From: Trichosphaerium sp. ATCC 40318
Lineage: Eukaryota; Protista; Tubulinea
Assembly (NCBI GenBank): GCA_038496445.1
Contig: JALMLS010000061.1
Coordinates: 62,001-126,000 of the forward strand
Direction: 5' to 3'
Length of the DNA stretch: 64,000 bases
Part shown: piece by piece, positions 13,711-24,191 of the stretch
How positions within the stretch are numbered: the stretch's first letter is position 1
How the letters are laid out: the number at the start of each line of letters is the position of its first letter
Position numbers and translations under genes: made by a program
Notes under the pieces: model-generated
Seen by the model: only the letters and a program-made list of their open reading frames with translations
Databases searched by the model: none
What the model was told of the DNA's origin: nothing

Positions 13711-14147
13711 GGTACCGCGTGTGGTCATTTCAAAAGGCAAGAGTAAAAAAGGAGTTGAAACACCAAAGTACTCGCGACAATTTGTTGTTTACCACGTGAC
13801 TTTCTGTTGACTCACTTATCTCGTAAATACTGGGTAATTGTACACTACGCTAGTATGTATACGAGTGATTGGCTGACGGAAGTATTCAGTGCACGTAAAC
13901 AAGTAAATAACGCATTGGTCACGTCGGACCGATGACCTTAACGAACAGTTAATGTGGTACATGCGTACCAGGAGCATCAGCTCTGTTGAACACTTACACT
14001 ACCTATTTTCTCGTTGAAAAAAAATGCCATTGAGAAAACCGGTAATGTTAAGTTATCTTTACCATGCTCCCTCAGCGATGAGTTTGGCCGAATTGGGTAT
14101 TGTATAAAATGGAAAGAATAAGCAGTATCTTGTAGCAAAACCATGTG

Positions 14148-14463
14148 CTAATCCGCATAGGCTCTGCATTGGTATCTATCAATGGCAAGTAACTTGATGA
14201 ACACCATCACCGAGAGCATGATAGTATGCCCATACATCATTGGCACCTGGTTGAACAGATTCAACATACACCCATATTAATTCTGTTTCAGTTGGTCCAG
14301 TTGTGTAGTAAAACAAGGTTCGCTTCGAACTCTTGTAATGTTGTAGTGATAGGTGTAATAATATGTGCTGCTGTCCAAACCCTACCGTTGTCTGGGCATC
14401 GTACGGGGTAGCCTCGTTCAAACCTGTTTCCTTCAACAAGAAGAGCAAAGGAGAAGGTTGCAC
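14148..14463 (-). pseudogene. Pseudogene of a small secreted Cys-containing protein (paralog of 42016-42367)
   Basis: Frames give FSFALLVEGNRF...CPDNGRVWTAAHIITPI and SVQPGANDVWAYYHALGDGVHQVT...AIDRYQCR, matching the 42-kb copy. ATG is changed to GTG and there are at least three frameshifting indels. Confidence 0.7.
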
Positions 14464-14690
14464 TGTTAGTTTTTAAGAGTATTTAAGTACGTTTTCCGCT
14501 TTCCTAAACCAGATAGCAACCTAATCCAGAAAATAACCTAAAACACATTCCGTACCTCTATTTCATATTGACATATTACATTCATTGCGTCTCAGATGAG
14601 TGTACAAGAAGGGATGTTTGTCGTTTTCCCTAAAATGGGTTTTACCATTCTAAATCTGGTTTATTTGTCTTGCACGGGAAACCACGGTAC
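14464..14690 (-). repeat. Duplicated upstream (promoter/5'UTR) block, copy 1
   Basis: Near-identical to the reverse complement of 41808-42015 apart from an insertion of about 24 nt. Confidence 0.85.
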
Positions 14691-15006
14691 CCAAACGAGC
14701 TCTGTTACGTTTGCGTACGCTATGTGATGTGCTTCTTACCTTACATGTAGAACATTGATAAAGAAAAATACTGACCTCTTGATATTTTTTTAATGTCATT
14801 ATTAATTTCTATCGAATGCGCGTTCAGAGAATCAGACCCAGACGTCGTTTCGTAACCTTGCGTTTTGAGTATCTCCACCAAAGCTATTTCGTAAGGTGCA
14901 AACTAAGCATTACGACAGGCGATATCTAATAATTGGGTAAAAAAAGGGTTAACTGTTTAAAACAACCATAACACTCTCACAGCGCGTGAGGAATATTCAC
15001 TGTACA

Positions 15007-15630
15007 ATGCGCAAGGAAAGTAAAAAAAAGAACTCAGTTACGAAAAACAGTAGTCTACGAGGGATAAGCAAGTCGTTCAAGGCAGTACGGTTTGAAAAGA
15101 AAAATAAAAATACAAACGTCAAGTTTGATGCTCCAACAAAACTTCACGATGAGGAAAGATCTACACAACAATGGGTGTATGCTACTCCATCAAAGAAATC
15201 CTCTTTTCCTAACCGAGAACGGCTTATACGAGGAACAAGAGCAGCCGCACAACAAAATAAAAAAAATCAGAAAAAACACTGGATTCATGGCAAACCACGT
15301 GACGCTTACGATACAGAAAAACCACCAGAGAAAATCGATCACGAAGAAATAGTAAAGCAAAAGGATACCATTGAAACCAAACACATACAAGCCAAAGAGC
15401 CACCAGAAGAGGATGACCAAACATTCATATCAGTGTCTACAGCAACATTCTTATCTCTCGATACTAATACTTTCTTATCGCTTGAGAGAACAGCTTTAGA
15501 ATCTTCATTTCATACAGCCACAATATTCTCAAATTTTTCAGACACTAACGCCAATGATTATCCACAAGCATTTAACCCATGCGAGACATTTCCACTATCT
15601 AGTCCTGAATTACCAGCCTACCAATTTTAA
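15007..15630 (+). CDS. Hypothetical Lys-rich low-complexity protein
   Basis: Uninterrupted 207-codon ORF in AT-rich DNA; no recognisable domain. Confidence 0.4.
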   Translation: MRKESKKKNSVTKNSSLRGISKSFKAVRFEKKNKNTNVKFDAPTKLHDEERSTQQWVYATPSKKSSFPNRERLIRGTRAAAQQNKKNQKKHWIHGKPRDAYDTEKPPEKIDHEEIVKQKDTIETKHIQAKEPPEEDDQTFISVSTATFLSLDTNTFLSLERTALESSFHTATIFSNFSDTNANDYPQAFNPCETFPLSSPELPAYQF

Positions 15631-16018
15631 TATCACGAACGTGACATTAAATTGTAAAACAAGCAACACGTGCTTAAATAAATTGTATTTTATGTATTAC
15701 TCATACGACCTTTGACAGTACATAAAGTAGCACAAGATGTCTCAAGTGATCCTAGACGCCTTAAATAAATGTTGATAAATTACTTTGTTGTTGCCTTAGG
15801 TAGTAGCAAACGAAAAAGATGGCATGTTTTGTTCCAAAATAAAAAGCAGTTTTCTTGTGCAACCAAGTTTGAAGAAACATCAATTCTTTAGATGGCACGT
15901 GGTTAATGAATAAATACTAAATATTCAGGTATTTACATTCCTAGCATTGGCACCTGAAACACAAAAAATTATCAACAAGTACTTAAATCAGCGATTGCTT
16001 AACTAATGAAGAGCCAAA

Positions 16019-18811
16019 ATGCATGCAACAATGCGCACGCTACAGTGTAATCATATGCGAGCGTGGGATCGTGGCTTGAAGCGTCCTGCGCTGCGCACTT
16101 TACAGATTAATCCGTTACACCATGCAATAGCTTCCCAGAACGTACAACAACGTTTTCAATCGAGAAATCTGTCAACACGAACAGCTAAAGTTATAATCCA
16201 CCGAGCAATGGTTAGAGTCAGTCATTTACCTCTCCTCAAGGATATGATCATATCTACACGTACGTAGTCTGTTTTTCTCACATTAATTTCCATTACATGT
16301 AAAACCGCATGTTTTCGCGCTATATTACGACCCAGAGAAGAACTACGCTCTGTTTAGAAAAATACAGCGAAAAAATTATTACATAGCCTAACACGCCTCT
16401 ACAACAGATTTTAGAATTCGCAACATACTAAGACTGAGCCTGTACAACGTGGAGGACATTTCGAAGCGATTAAAAGCAAATCCTTTAAAAGAAGACATAA
16501 TAATTAACCACGCGCTCAATCTGATATGGCATTCTCTAAGGAATGACTTGGAGAAGACACCACATGAAATAGGAGAATTAAACTATTGTCCTCTTCATTT
16601 TACGGATAAAACTGTACAACCCTTAGCGCGGTATGCTATGGAGATAGGAAAGGTAAGTTAAATGTAAAATTGACTCTTTGGAACGTCACAGCACTCAGGA
16701 TTTTTTATTTTTTTTTGACTTGCGTAAGAAAAACTTTCTGGTTTTTTTTCGAACACAGTAGAAGGATTTATTCTGATTTCTTTATTTTTTAGAGGATGAT
16801 ATATAAAGGCGTATCAACACGCGTTGGGTATTCATATTTGCTTATTGCACATGCAATATACAAGTAGTAAGTTTAGTTTTTTTTTTTCGATGTTGTTGAC
16901 GCTCATATCGTCTTTAGCCTTGCGAAAGATGTTCCTGAGGCATTCATTTATAGAAGGTTCAAATGTAAAGTATTAATAGCTGGATTTCTTATCGAGCAAG
17001 ATGCATTTTCATCGTACAGTGTTGGATATAAATATTTAGAAGAAGCATTTCTAATGTTCAACGATTTTCACATTGAGATACGGCATGCAAAAAGATTTAT
17101 CATACAAGACTCTCTAGGTATGTAAAACATATACTAGAGTGTTATATTAGCACTATGAATACAAAGACAAGCGGAGTATAGAAGAATTAGAAAGTCTTCC
17201 TCTAACTCTTGTTTTGTTCTAGTTTCAAAAACTAACTTTTTGTTGAAGACGAGATTGCTGATCTCTTTGCGAGCATAATTAATGAGTCTAGTCATGAACA
17301 AGTACCTAGAGGAGAACCTCTTAGAATGGTAGAGTTCTTGGTAGACTATTCATATAGCAAAAAGCTGTTTGATGCCTGCGAGCTCAGTTTTACGTTAGCA
17401 AAAATACAACAAAATCTTTTTCTTCTTGATGCAGCAGAGAAGACGTTATTACGTGTAAGTTTGAAGAAAACACCAGCAAAAAGAAGGATTCATTTATTTA
17501 TGGGATTGGGTACCACATACTTTTTAAAGGGAGAGTATCAACTTGCGAGGCTTTATTTCAACAAGGTATCAAAAAATAATTTCTCTTTTTTTTTTTCCTT
17601 CTCTCGTCAGCCTCTCTTTCATATTATTTTTTACGGATTATCAATATGTTTTTTATTGTAACTTTGATACTATTTTCGAAGTTTAGTTGCTTTTTATTTT
17701 ACATGGATAATGTACAGTCATTCAAAAAGACAAAAACGAATTTTTTTTTTTTGCAAAATACAATCTTCTAATTTTTTTCCTTCAAGGCTCCTGAAGCTCT
17801 TGCACAAGATAAAAACATAGATGAGATAATTAAAATTAAGATGTTCTGGATGATAATATGCTCAAATATAGCTGTAAGCGATTTTTCAACTGTCAAGGCT
17901 GTTACAGAAGCAGCACAGGATGCTTTAGAGGAAACAACTTTTTTAACTATGATGTTTGAAATGTTGGACTCTATGGTATCACGTGTACAATGCGGAGAAG
18001 AATTTCCTTCAACATGGTATATTATGCGTTATTCTCCTTCGACATGGGGACAACAATCAAGATTCCTACAAATGAAGACAGAGACAGCTTTTTCATTACT
18101 TTCTTGTGTACGTCTCACTTTTTTTCTTTTTTTTTTCGTTTGGTGATCTTTTCCTACTTTCGGTATTCTTTTATGTATCTTTACGATATGTAACGCTCAC
18201 TTGTTATATTTTTGTTGCTTAAACAGTTATAAGTACCACTTGAGGCAGTATTCTCTAACGTCATTGTTGATTTTTTTTCCATCCCTTTCTATGTTTGAAA
18301 CTAATACTTTTTTAGGCAACAGTTGCTCTTGCATCAGCAGCGGAGATTTCATACGATACGCCGGATATTGCAGAAAACCGTATGTCCATGCAAAGTTATT
18401 TCCTAGAGACTCTTCTTTTTGCTTTTGGCCTCAAATCCAATTGTGCTTAAAAAAACAACGTCTCATTTTAAAAAAAACAACTCACTGAGTGATGGTGCCA
18501 CGTCACGTGCTAACTTTTTTTTAAAACTAGTCTATTGGACTGCAATAAAGATAGGTATTGCTGCATCAAAATCTGAAGATACTATGGAGCTAGTAGGACC
18601 ATGTCTTGGATTACCAATATCACGGCTTATAAAGTATTACGAAAATCTTGGAATGGAATATAGTGATAAGAGAAGTGTTCTTATACAATGCTTAGAATTT
18701 ATATCTACTATGCCTACTGAGAACTATGACCTCGATTCATGTATAGAGGATATGGAGGAAATTTTAGAGTCCACAGCTGGACTCAAAACATTGTACAATA
18801 AACGAGTGTAA
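16019..18811 (+). CDS. Hypothetical multi-exon helical/TPR-like protein; 5' end uncertain
   Basis: Exons bounded by GT/AG sites; TPR-like segment IHLFMGLGTTYFLKGEYQLARLYFNK; terminal exon ends at TAA 18811. Confidence 0.5.
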
Positions 18812-19007
18812 ACAAAAACTCTCAACAATATTAAATCCTTACCGATGAAGGTGGCAATGCTTGAAGTACAATAGTGAATTTCACTGTCATTACGTTTATA
18901 CGGTGGAAGTTGCTTGACAACTTAACAAGGTTAAGCAGCTAAAAATGTTGGTCTAATGGAAATCTCCAAAATTTGACTTGGTCGCAGTTTGTCTTCATTT
19001 TACAACC

Positions 19008-20195
19008 ATGAAGCGTAAGAATACTACTCCGTATATTACAAGCGATAAAGCTTGCCAGTTTTGGCGCCTTCCTAACGAAACTTGTGTTGAAATACTCATC
19101 AATCTGTTACACTGCGATATCTTGGCTCTATCAGCTACTTGTCATCGTATGAACACTATCTGTACTTCGAACTTTATTTGGCGCAGGATTTACGCTAAAA
19201 CCTTCCCCATGCCCTTCTGGGTGTATGAAAATAGTCGCAGGAGGTCATTGTATCCAGAATTATGGAAAGAAGCGACTAGAACGACTGTTAATATCAAAAA
19301 CAAGTTTTTTACGAAGAACAATCAAACAATCATAACAAGGGAGCCTGTATGCTACCCAATAACAGGATTATGCTTTATAAATGAATTTAAAATAGATCCA
19401 TACAACAATAACAGAACTCTAATTTGTGGAGGAGCTGCATTTAAACCACCCAAAGGTTTTTTGATGTTTCAAGAAAATTCTGAGATAACTAATTTTGAAC
19501 ATCCAAAATTACGTTGTTGTAGATCGTGTGACATTGGAGATAATAATATGGTAGCAGCAGGTATGATAAACGGAATCATACTGTGGAATAGTGATGGTAA
19601 GGTATCGTCCTTTACAAATACTGGAATCAATACAAAGAAGCTTTGCTTTGTTGATGATAATTCTCTTGCCTATTGTTTTGATACGATACATGACCTCAAT
19701 GTAAGGATATTTGATACCACTACATCAAGTACAAGGATGGAATTCTACGGGCACAATTCAGTTATTTGTTCACTTCGTACTTCGATTAGTGGAAACCTTG
19801 TTTTATCTGCAGACACAAAATCAACTAAAATATGGGACGAAAGATCAGGACATAAAGAAGTACTGACAATTCAAGATATGCCATATATAAGTACACTGAT
19901 TAATAATATTATTGGAGGAGCAAATCATCATGCTGTGAGTATACTAGACATTCGAAAGCCTCAGAATCCTGTTTTCAAAAAAAATATTCAAATGGGGTCG
20001 CTTACAAAGACAGTTCAAATTGATGGTATGAAGCTTGTTGCATGTGGACAAGATTGTATAAATATATTTGGATTATCAGACCCTTGGCATGATCAGGGTA
20101 TTATTGCTGGACGTTGCCAGTATCTTGATACAACACCCAGTAAGATTGTAGCATATGTTGAAAGACAATTAGTCCATATTGATTGTAATCTATAA
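19008..20195 (+). CDS. F-box/WD40-repeat protein, intronless
   Basis: F-box WRLPNETCVEILINLLHCDILALSATCHRMNTICTSNFIWRRIY; WD40 segment GHNSVICSL...VLSADTKSTKIWDER. Confidence 0.85.
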   Translation: MKRKNTTPYITSDKACQFWRLPNETCVEILINLLHCDILALSATCHRMNTICTSNFIWRRIYAKTFPMPFWVYENSRRRSLYPELWKEATRTTVNIKNKFFTKNNQTIITREPVCYPITGLCFINEFKIDPYNNNRTLICGGAAFKPPKGFLMFQENSEITNFEHPKLRCCRSCDIGDNNMVAAGMINGIILWNSDGKVSSFTNTGINTKKLCFVDDNSLAYCFDTIHDLNVRIFDTTTSSTRMEFYGHNSVICSLRTSISGNLVLSADTKSTKIWDERSGHKEVLTIQDMPYISTLINNIIGGANHHAVSILDIRKPQNPVFKKNIQMGSLTKTVQIDGMKLVACGQDCINIFGLSDPWHDQGIIAGRCQYLDTTPSKIVAYVERQLVHIDCNL

Positions 20196-20522
20196 CTGTA
20201 TCGTACTCAAATTATGAGTATACTATCTAATAAATATAGAAATCACGTGCATTTTAAGCCATAGTAAGTGAATCAAAGTTTATGCCAACAGGCGTTGTTC
20301 GATTTGTTTACAAAATATACTGTTTCAGTTCTGACAAAACTGAGTCACTAGCAATAGTGGATTATTTGATTGGGTAGATAGTCAATATGTTGATGAATCA
20401 AGTGAATGATAGTGCAGTGTAGTCAAGTACTCGGATATCTTTATAATGTTAACAAATACCTCAGCGATCTGGTTGTACAAAATACTAAACGTTTTGATTC
20501 AGGTATTTATTCTGCACTAGTT

Positions 20523-23500
20523 TCATATAGTTGTTTTTACACATGATTGCTTCCCTTCATGTTGTTGACTTTCATAGAACTGCATATAAAGTAAAGCCAA
20601 AAACAGACGCCAACAACAAATATTAGAAATACATAACATAGCATGAAGTACGCATTTCCTAGCTCAACTGCAATAAAAGCTGTTTGTCCATCAATAAATG
20701 CATTAACATTCGCATCTAAAATTCACATGTCAAAGAAAATCATTTGATTAAACGTGGCGTACGTGTTCTATCTACAAATGAATCAACGGTTGAGTTACTT
20801 ATAGTTGGCGGATTAGGAATTTTGAAACTTGACTGCACGATATCATCAGTAAGCAGAGATAGAGCCGGTCCAACAGCACTATAAAAACTTAGCATTTTGA
20901 TTTGTACAATGTTCGAAAGAGATGTTGTTTACATACCGTAAAACAGTAACGACATCATCAACGCCTAGAAGACATGATAGCAAGCTTTCTAGAATATTTG
21001 CTAGGAAATTTGTGATAAATTTACCAACTTCATCTGCTATGTCTCTAAAGAACAGTTAGTATTGGGAGAAAACAAGATTGTTTTTCCTGCGTACTCTTGT
21101 ACATTTTCGATTCGATCTGCAATGTTACTCAACGCCCTATCCACTGCGTTCATTCCTCTAAGTACGTTCCTTTCAGTCTCGAGTAACGACTGGGTAACAC
21201 GTGAGTCTTTTAAGTCAAAACAGCAAACGTACGTCGGTGAGGTTTTGAAGGTAAACATCATTTGCTCCGATAATCAAATTGTTCACTTCAACCCGTACAT
21301 CTCCAGCAAACGACCTTACATCTGTATCAATCCATTTATCAATTTCAGCTGATGATGTGTTGAGACCAGCGAGATAAGCATGGAAGAATATAATTGTAAG
21401 CACAGCAATAACAATTAATGCAATAACAGGCTTCCAGATGAGAAATTCCATGCAATAAAAAGTTGGTGCTTCTTCTGGTTTTTTACTACAAAAACATAAA
21501 TTTGTGTATCAAATTTAGATAGAGTGTCGTGATCTTACCGTGGACGTCTATCGATGTTCTTGATTATTTTTCTGTTGTTTAACCACCGAGTTACTTCATT
21601 AGAATAATACAAGAACACCCAAGTTGCAAAGATAACAATGATATTAAGACTGATTAACCCATACGAAATGAAACGAACAATATTGACTGCGCCGTCATAA
21701 GGTTCAAAGTCTAAATCATCACAAAATTGTATCTCATCATATTCGGGTACTCCAATAGGAACAATATTAGCTTCTATAACGTTCTCCCTTAAAGAAAGTA
21801 AGAAAGAAATGAAAGCACAAATCCACTATAAAAAACGCACTTGATTTTTTCAACTTCGCCTGTTAAGAGATCATCAAGAAGTCCTTTGACGAAATCTGAT
21901 AACGCTTCTTGAATCTTGCTTGAAGAAGGTAGGAACAAACCCTTTAAAACCCGTCAATCAAACTAACAATACAATCACGTGCGTACAGATTTAGGCGCTA
22001 CTGGAGTAAACTCGACTTCGCTTTCATTAAATCCAATATTGGTCAAGCCAGTGTTGTTCAGAGTAGAGTTATTGAAATCATCGATTTCATTAGACGTCGT
22101 GTCAATTTCATTTGTGACATCTTGTAGGATTGATTCAAGTTCAGCATCGGTTAGTTGCTGCACAGATCTCTTAAAGCCAAGGGCGCCCTTGATTGAATCG
22201 CCAGCTTTTTTCAATGTATCTCGGGCAGAATCCAATAACTTGTTACTATTCAACGGTTAGCTAAAGGTCGAGTTCACAAGTTACCACTTACAGTGGATTA
22301 AATATAAGAACCATAGCGTCATAAGCACATAAGAATACTCCCATTTTCCCTGAAATAATAAAAATTGCGACCTAAAGGTTCAATGTGTTAGAGCTTTTTC
22401 TTGATGACGGAAATGAAATAAAAAGAAAAGAAGTTTATGTACGTCAACTGAGACAAAAACACCTTCTAGCGCTAAGTCTAAACCACTTGTAACTTCGTTT
22501 GCAATAACATCTAATATCAAGGCATTTGAATCTTCTGCTTTTGTCACGTGACTATTTAAAACATTCGTTGAAGCAATCTCAAAATCCAAACATTGATTCA
22601 AAATTAATGTCTTAGTTGAATCAGCGCTCTGACTTAAGTTATTCAAAAACAAGATATTGGAACCCCTGTGAGTAGAAAGTTATACATCTGAGAACGAACA
22701 AATAGTCACGTACAAGAGTAGAAATAAAGCGCCAATGTACATATGCCAGAACATCCTGCAGCTGTTTGCTTTTGTACCTACATATTTAGGATGTTTCTGG
22801 GATCCAAACTTTCTCTTGCTGTTGTTACTATTCAGCTGAATATTTACGCTGCTGTTTTCTTCTTTGTCTTCAAATGAATCATCACTGTATTCAACACGTT
22901 GAGGTACAGGCTGTGAATGTTGAACTCGATTGATGGTAGGTTCGTCATTCACTGCTGGCGGTTGAGGTTTAGCCTTTGGTTGTGGAGGTGTAACCAATCT
23001 TGGTGAACGCGGCTAGGAATATAGTAAGATTTGTTACAAGCAAATTGATTGGAGCTTTTCGCTAGTACTTACAGAACTCTGCTGATGATTTGGAAGTGAA
23101 GGATAAATACTAGTATTGTTCGTGATAGGAACATCACTGGTTTCTATTGGGTTTCTTTTTGCAGTAGATATTTCAGCTCTATGAGTAGACGAACTAGAGA
23201 AGAGTTTGCGGCCCGTTTTAAAAGGTTCACGTGATTGTGATTGCTTACCTTGCTTTCAACGAAGGCTTCTTCGTTCTGCCCTTAGGAAACTCACTTTCCG
23301 GACGTTGTTGGGTGCTAGCACAAGAATCTTTAGAGAAGATAAAGTAATGTCGTGTGCGTACGCTTTCTTACTTTTCTTTGGCTTGGAATCCTTCCGAGAG
23401 GAGTCTTTACGGAGTAACTTACTCAAACCTTTTGGAAAAAAGTTAACTTCTTCGAAGTTCGGGTTTTCTTTTTTCCCGGATGCTTAGGGGTTTTCTTATT

Positions 23501-23710
23501 TCCCGGATGTTAAGGGGTTTTATTTTTTCCAGAACACTAAGAGTAACGCACGTATTTGATCATGTGGATTTTCTGTATGAGATACTGTTTCTTTGTTCTG
23601 TAACAAACATTGTCAGACATTAAAAAAAAACAATCAGCACTTACAATCAAGTCTGCGTTTGTCTCAGTGTCCCAATTACCGCTAGCGGTAATACCGTGAT
23701 TGTCTGCCAT
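20523..23710 (-). CDS. Multi-pass membrane protein resembling plasma-membrane fusion protein Prm1
   Basis: Spliced product: disordered N-terminus, TM (MYIGALFLLLY), helical ectodomain with NQC...GVFLC, IQFCDD before a TM, a further TM, second ectodomain with LLSCLLGV, final TM. The Cys/TM layout matches fungal Prm1 as I recall it; not confirmed by search. Confidence 0.55.
23460..23535. repeat. ~26-bp tandem repeat (about 2.7 copies) at an intron/exon junction
   Basis: GGGTTTTCTTTTTTCCCGGATGCTTA / GGGGTTTTCTTATTTCCCGGATGTTAA / GGGGTTTTATTTTTCC. Confidence 0.75.
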
Positions 23711-23964
23711 TGGTAGTTGTGTATTTGTATACTTGTATGTTGTGGATTACGAGTCTGTGTTTAGTCTAGGGTTTTTAGTTGAACGTTTCATTCTCATGAC
23801 AAATGAGCACGAATTTTCACCTGAAGGTACCTATCGCACCTACCGAACGTATATAATCTATCAAAGGGATTTGAAAATGTTCGCTGTAACACGCCACACA
23901 TGAAATCACGTGATACATTCCACGGTAAAACACGATTTCTCACATGAAGATGTATGTATGAAAA

Positions 23965-24150
23965 ATAAATTGAGCAACATAAACTTGTGTACTTGTACAG
24001 AAATAAAAGATGAGGGCATCAGGGCGTTAGCTGGAGTCATTCAATTGATTTGTCAGAACATAAGTTACAATGGAAGGTGGCAAGGCGTTGGATAGTGTTC
24101 ATTGTATTTGACTTGGTACACTCAAGTGAGATGAAGGATTAAAGTCTTGG
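23965..24150 (+). pseudogene. Decayed relic of the LRR (TDEGIKAL-type) family
   Basis: NINLCTCTEIKDEGIRALAGV followed by frameshifted copies of the unit found in 53457-54395. Confidence 0.6.
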
Positions 24151-24191
24151 AAAGACTTTTATTGGATGGTTTTTTTTCTACATAATTTTGC

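Noticed and set aside
14179-14463. Listed 94-aa ORF as an intact (cystatin-like AQTTVG) protein
   Set aside because: Comparison with the 42-kb paralog shows the conserved N-terminal frame is a different one (CPD...HIITPI). The ORF is a chimera of frames in a pseudogene.
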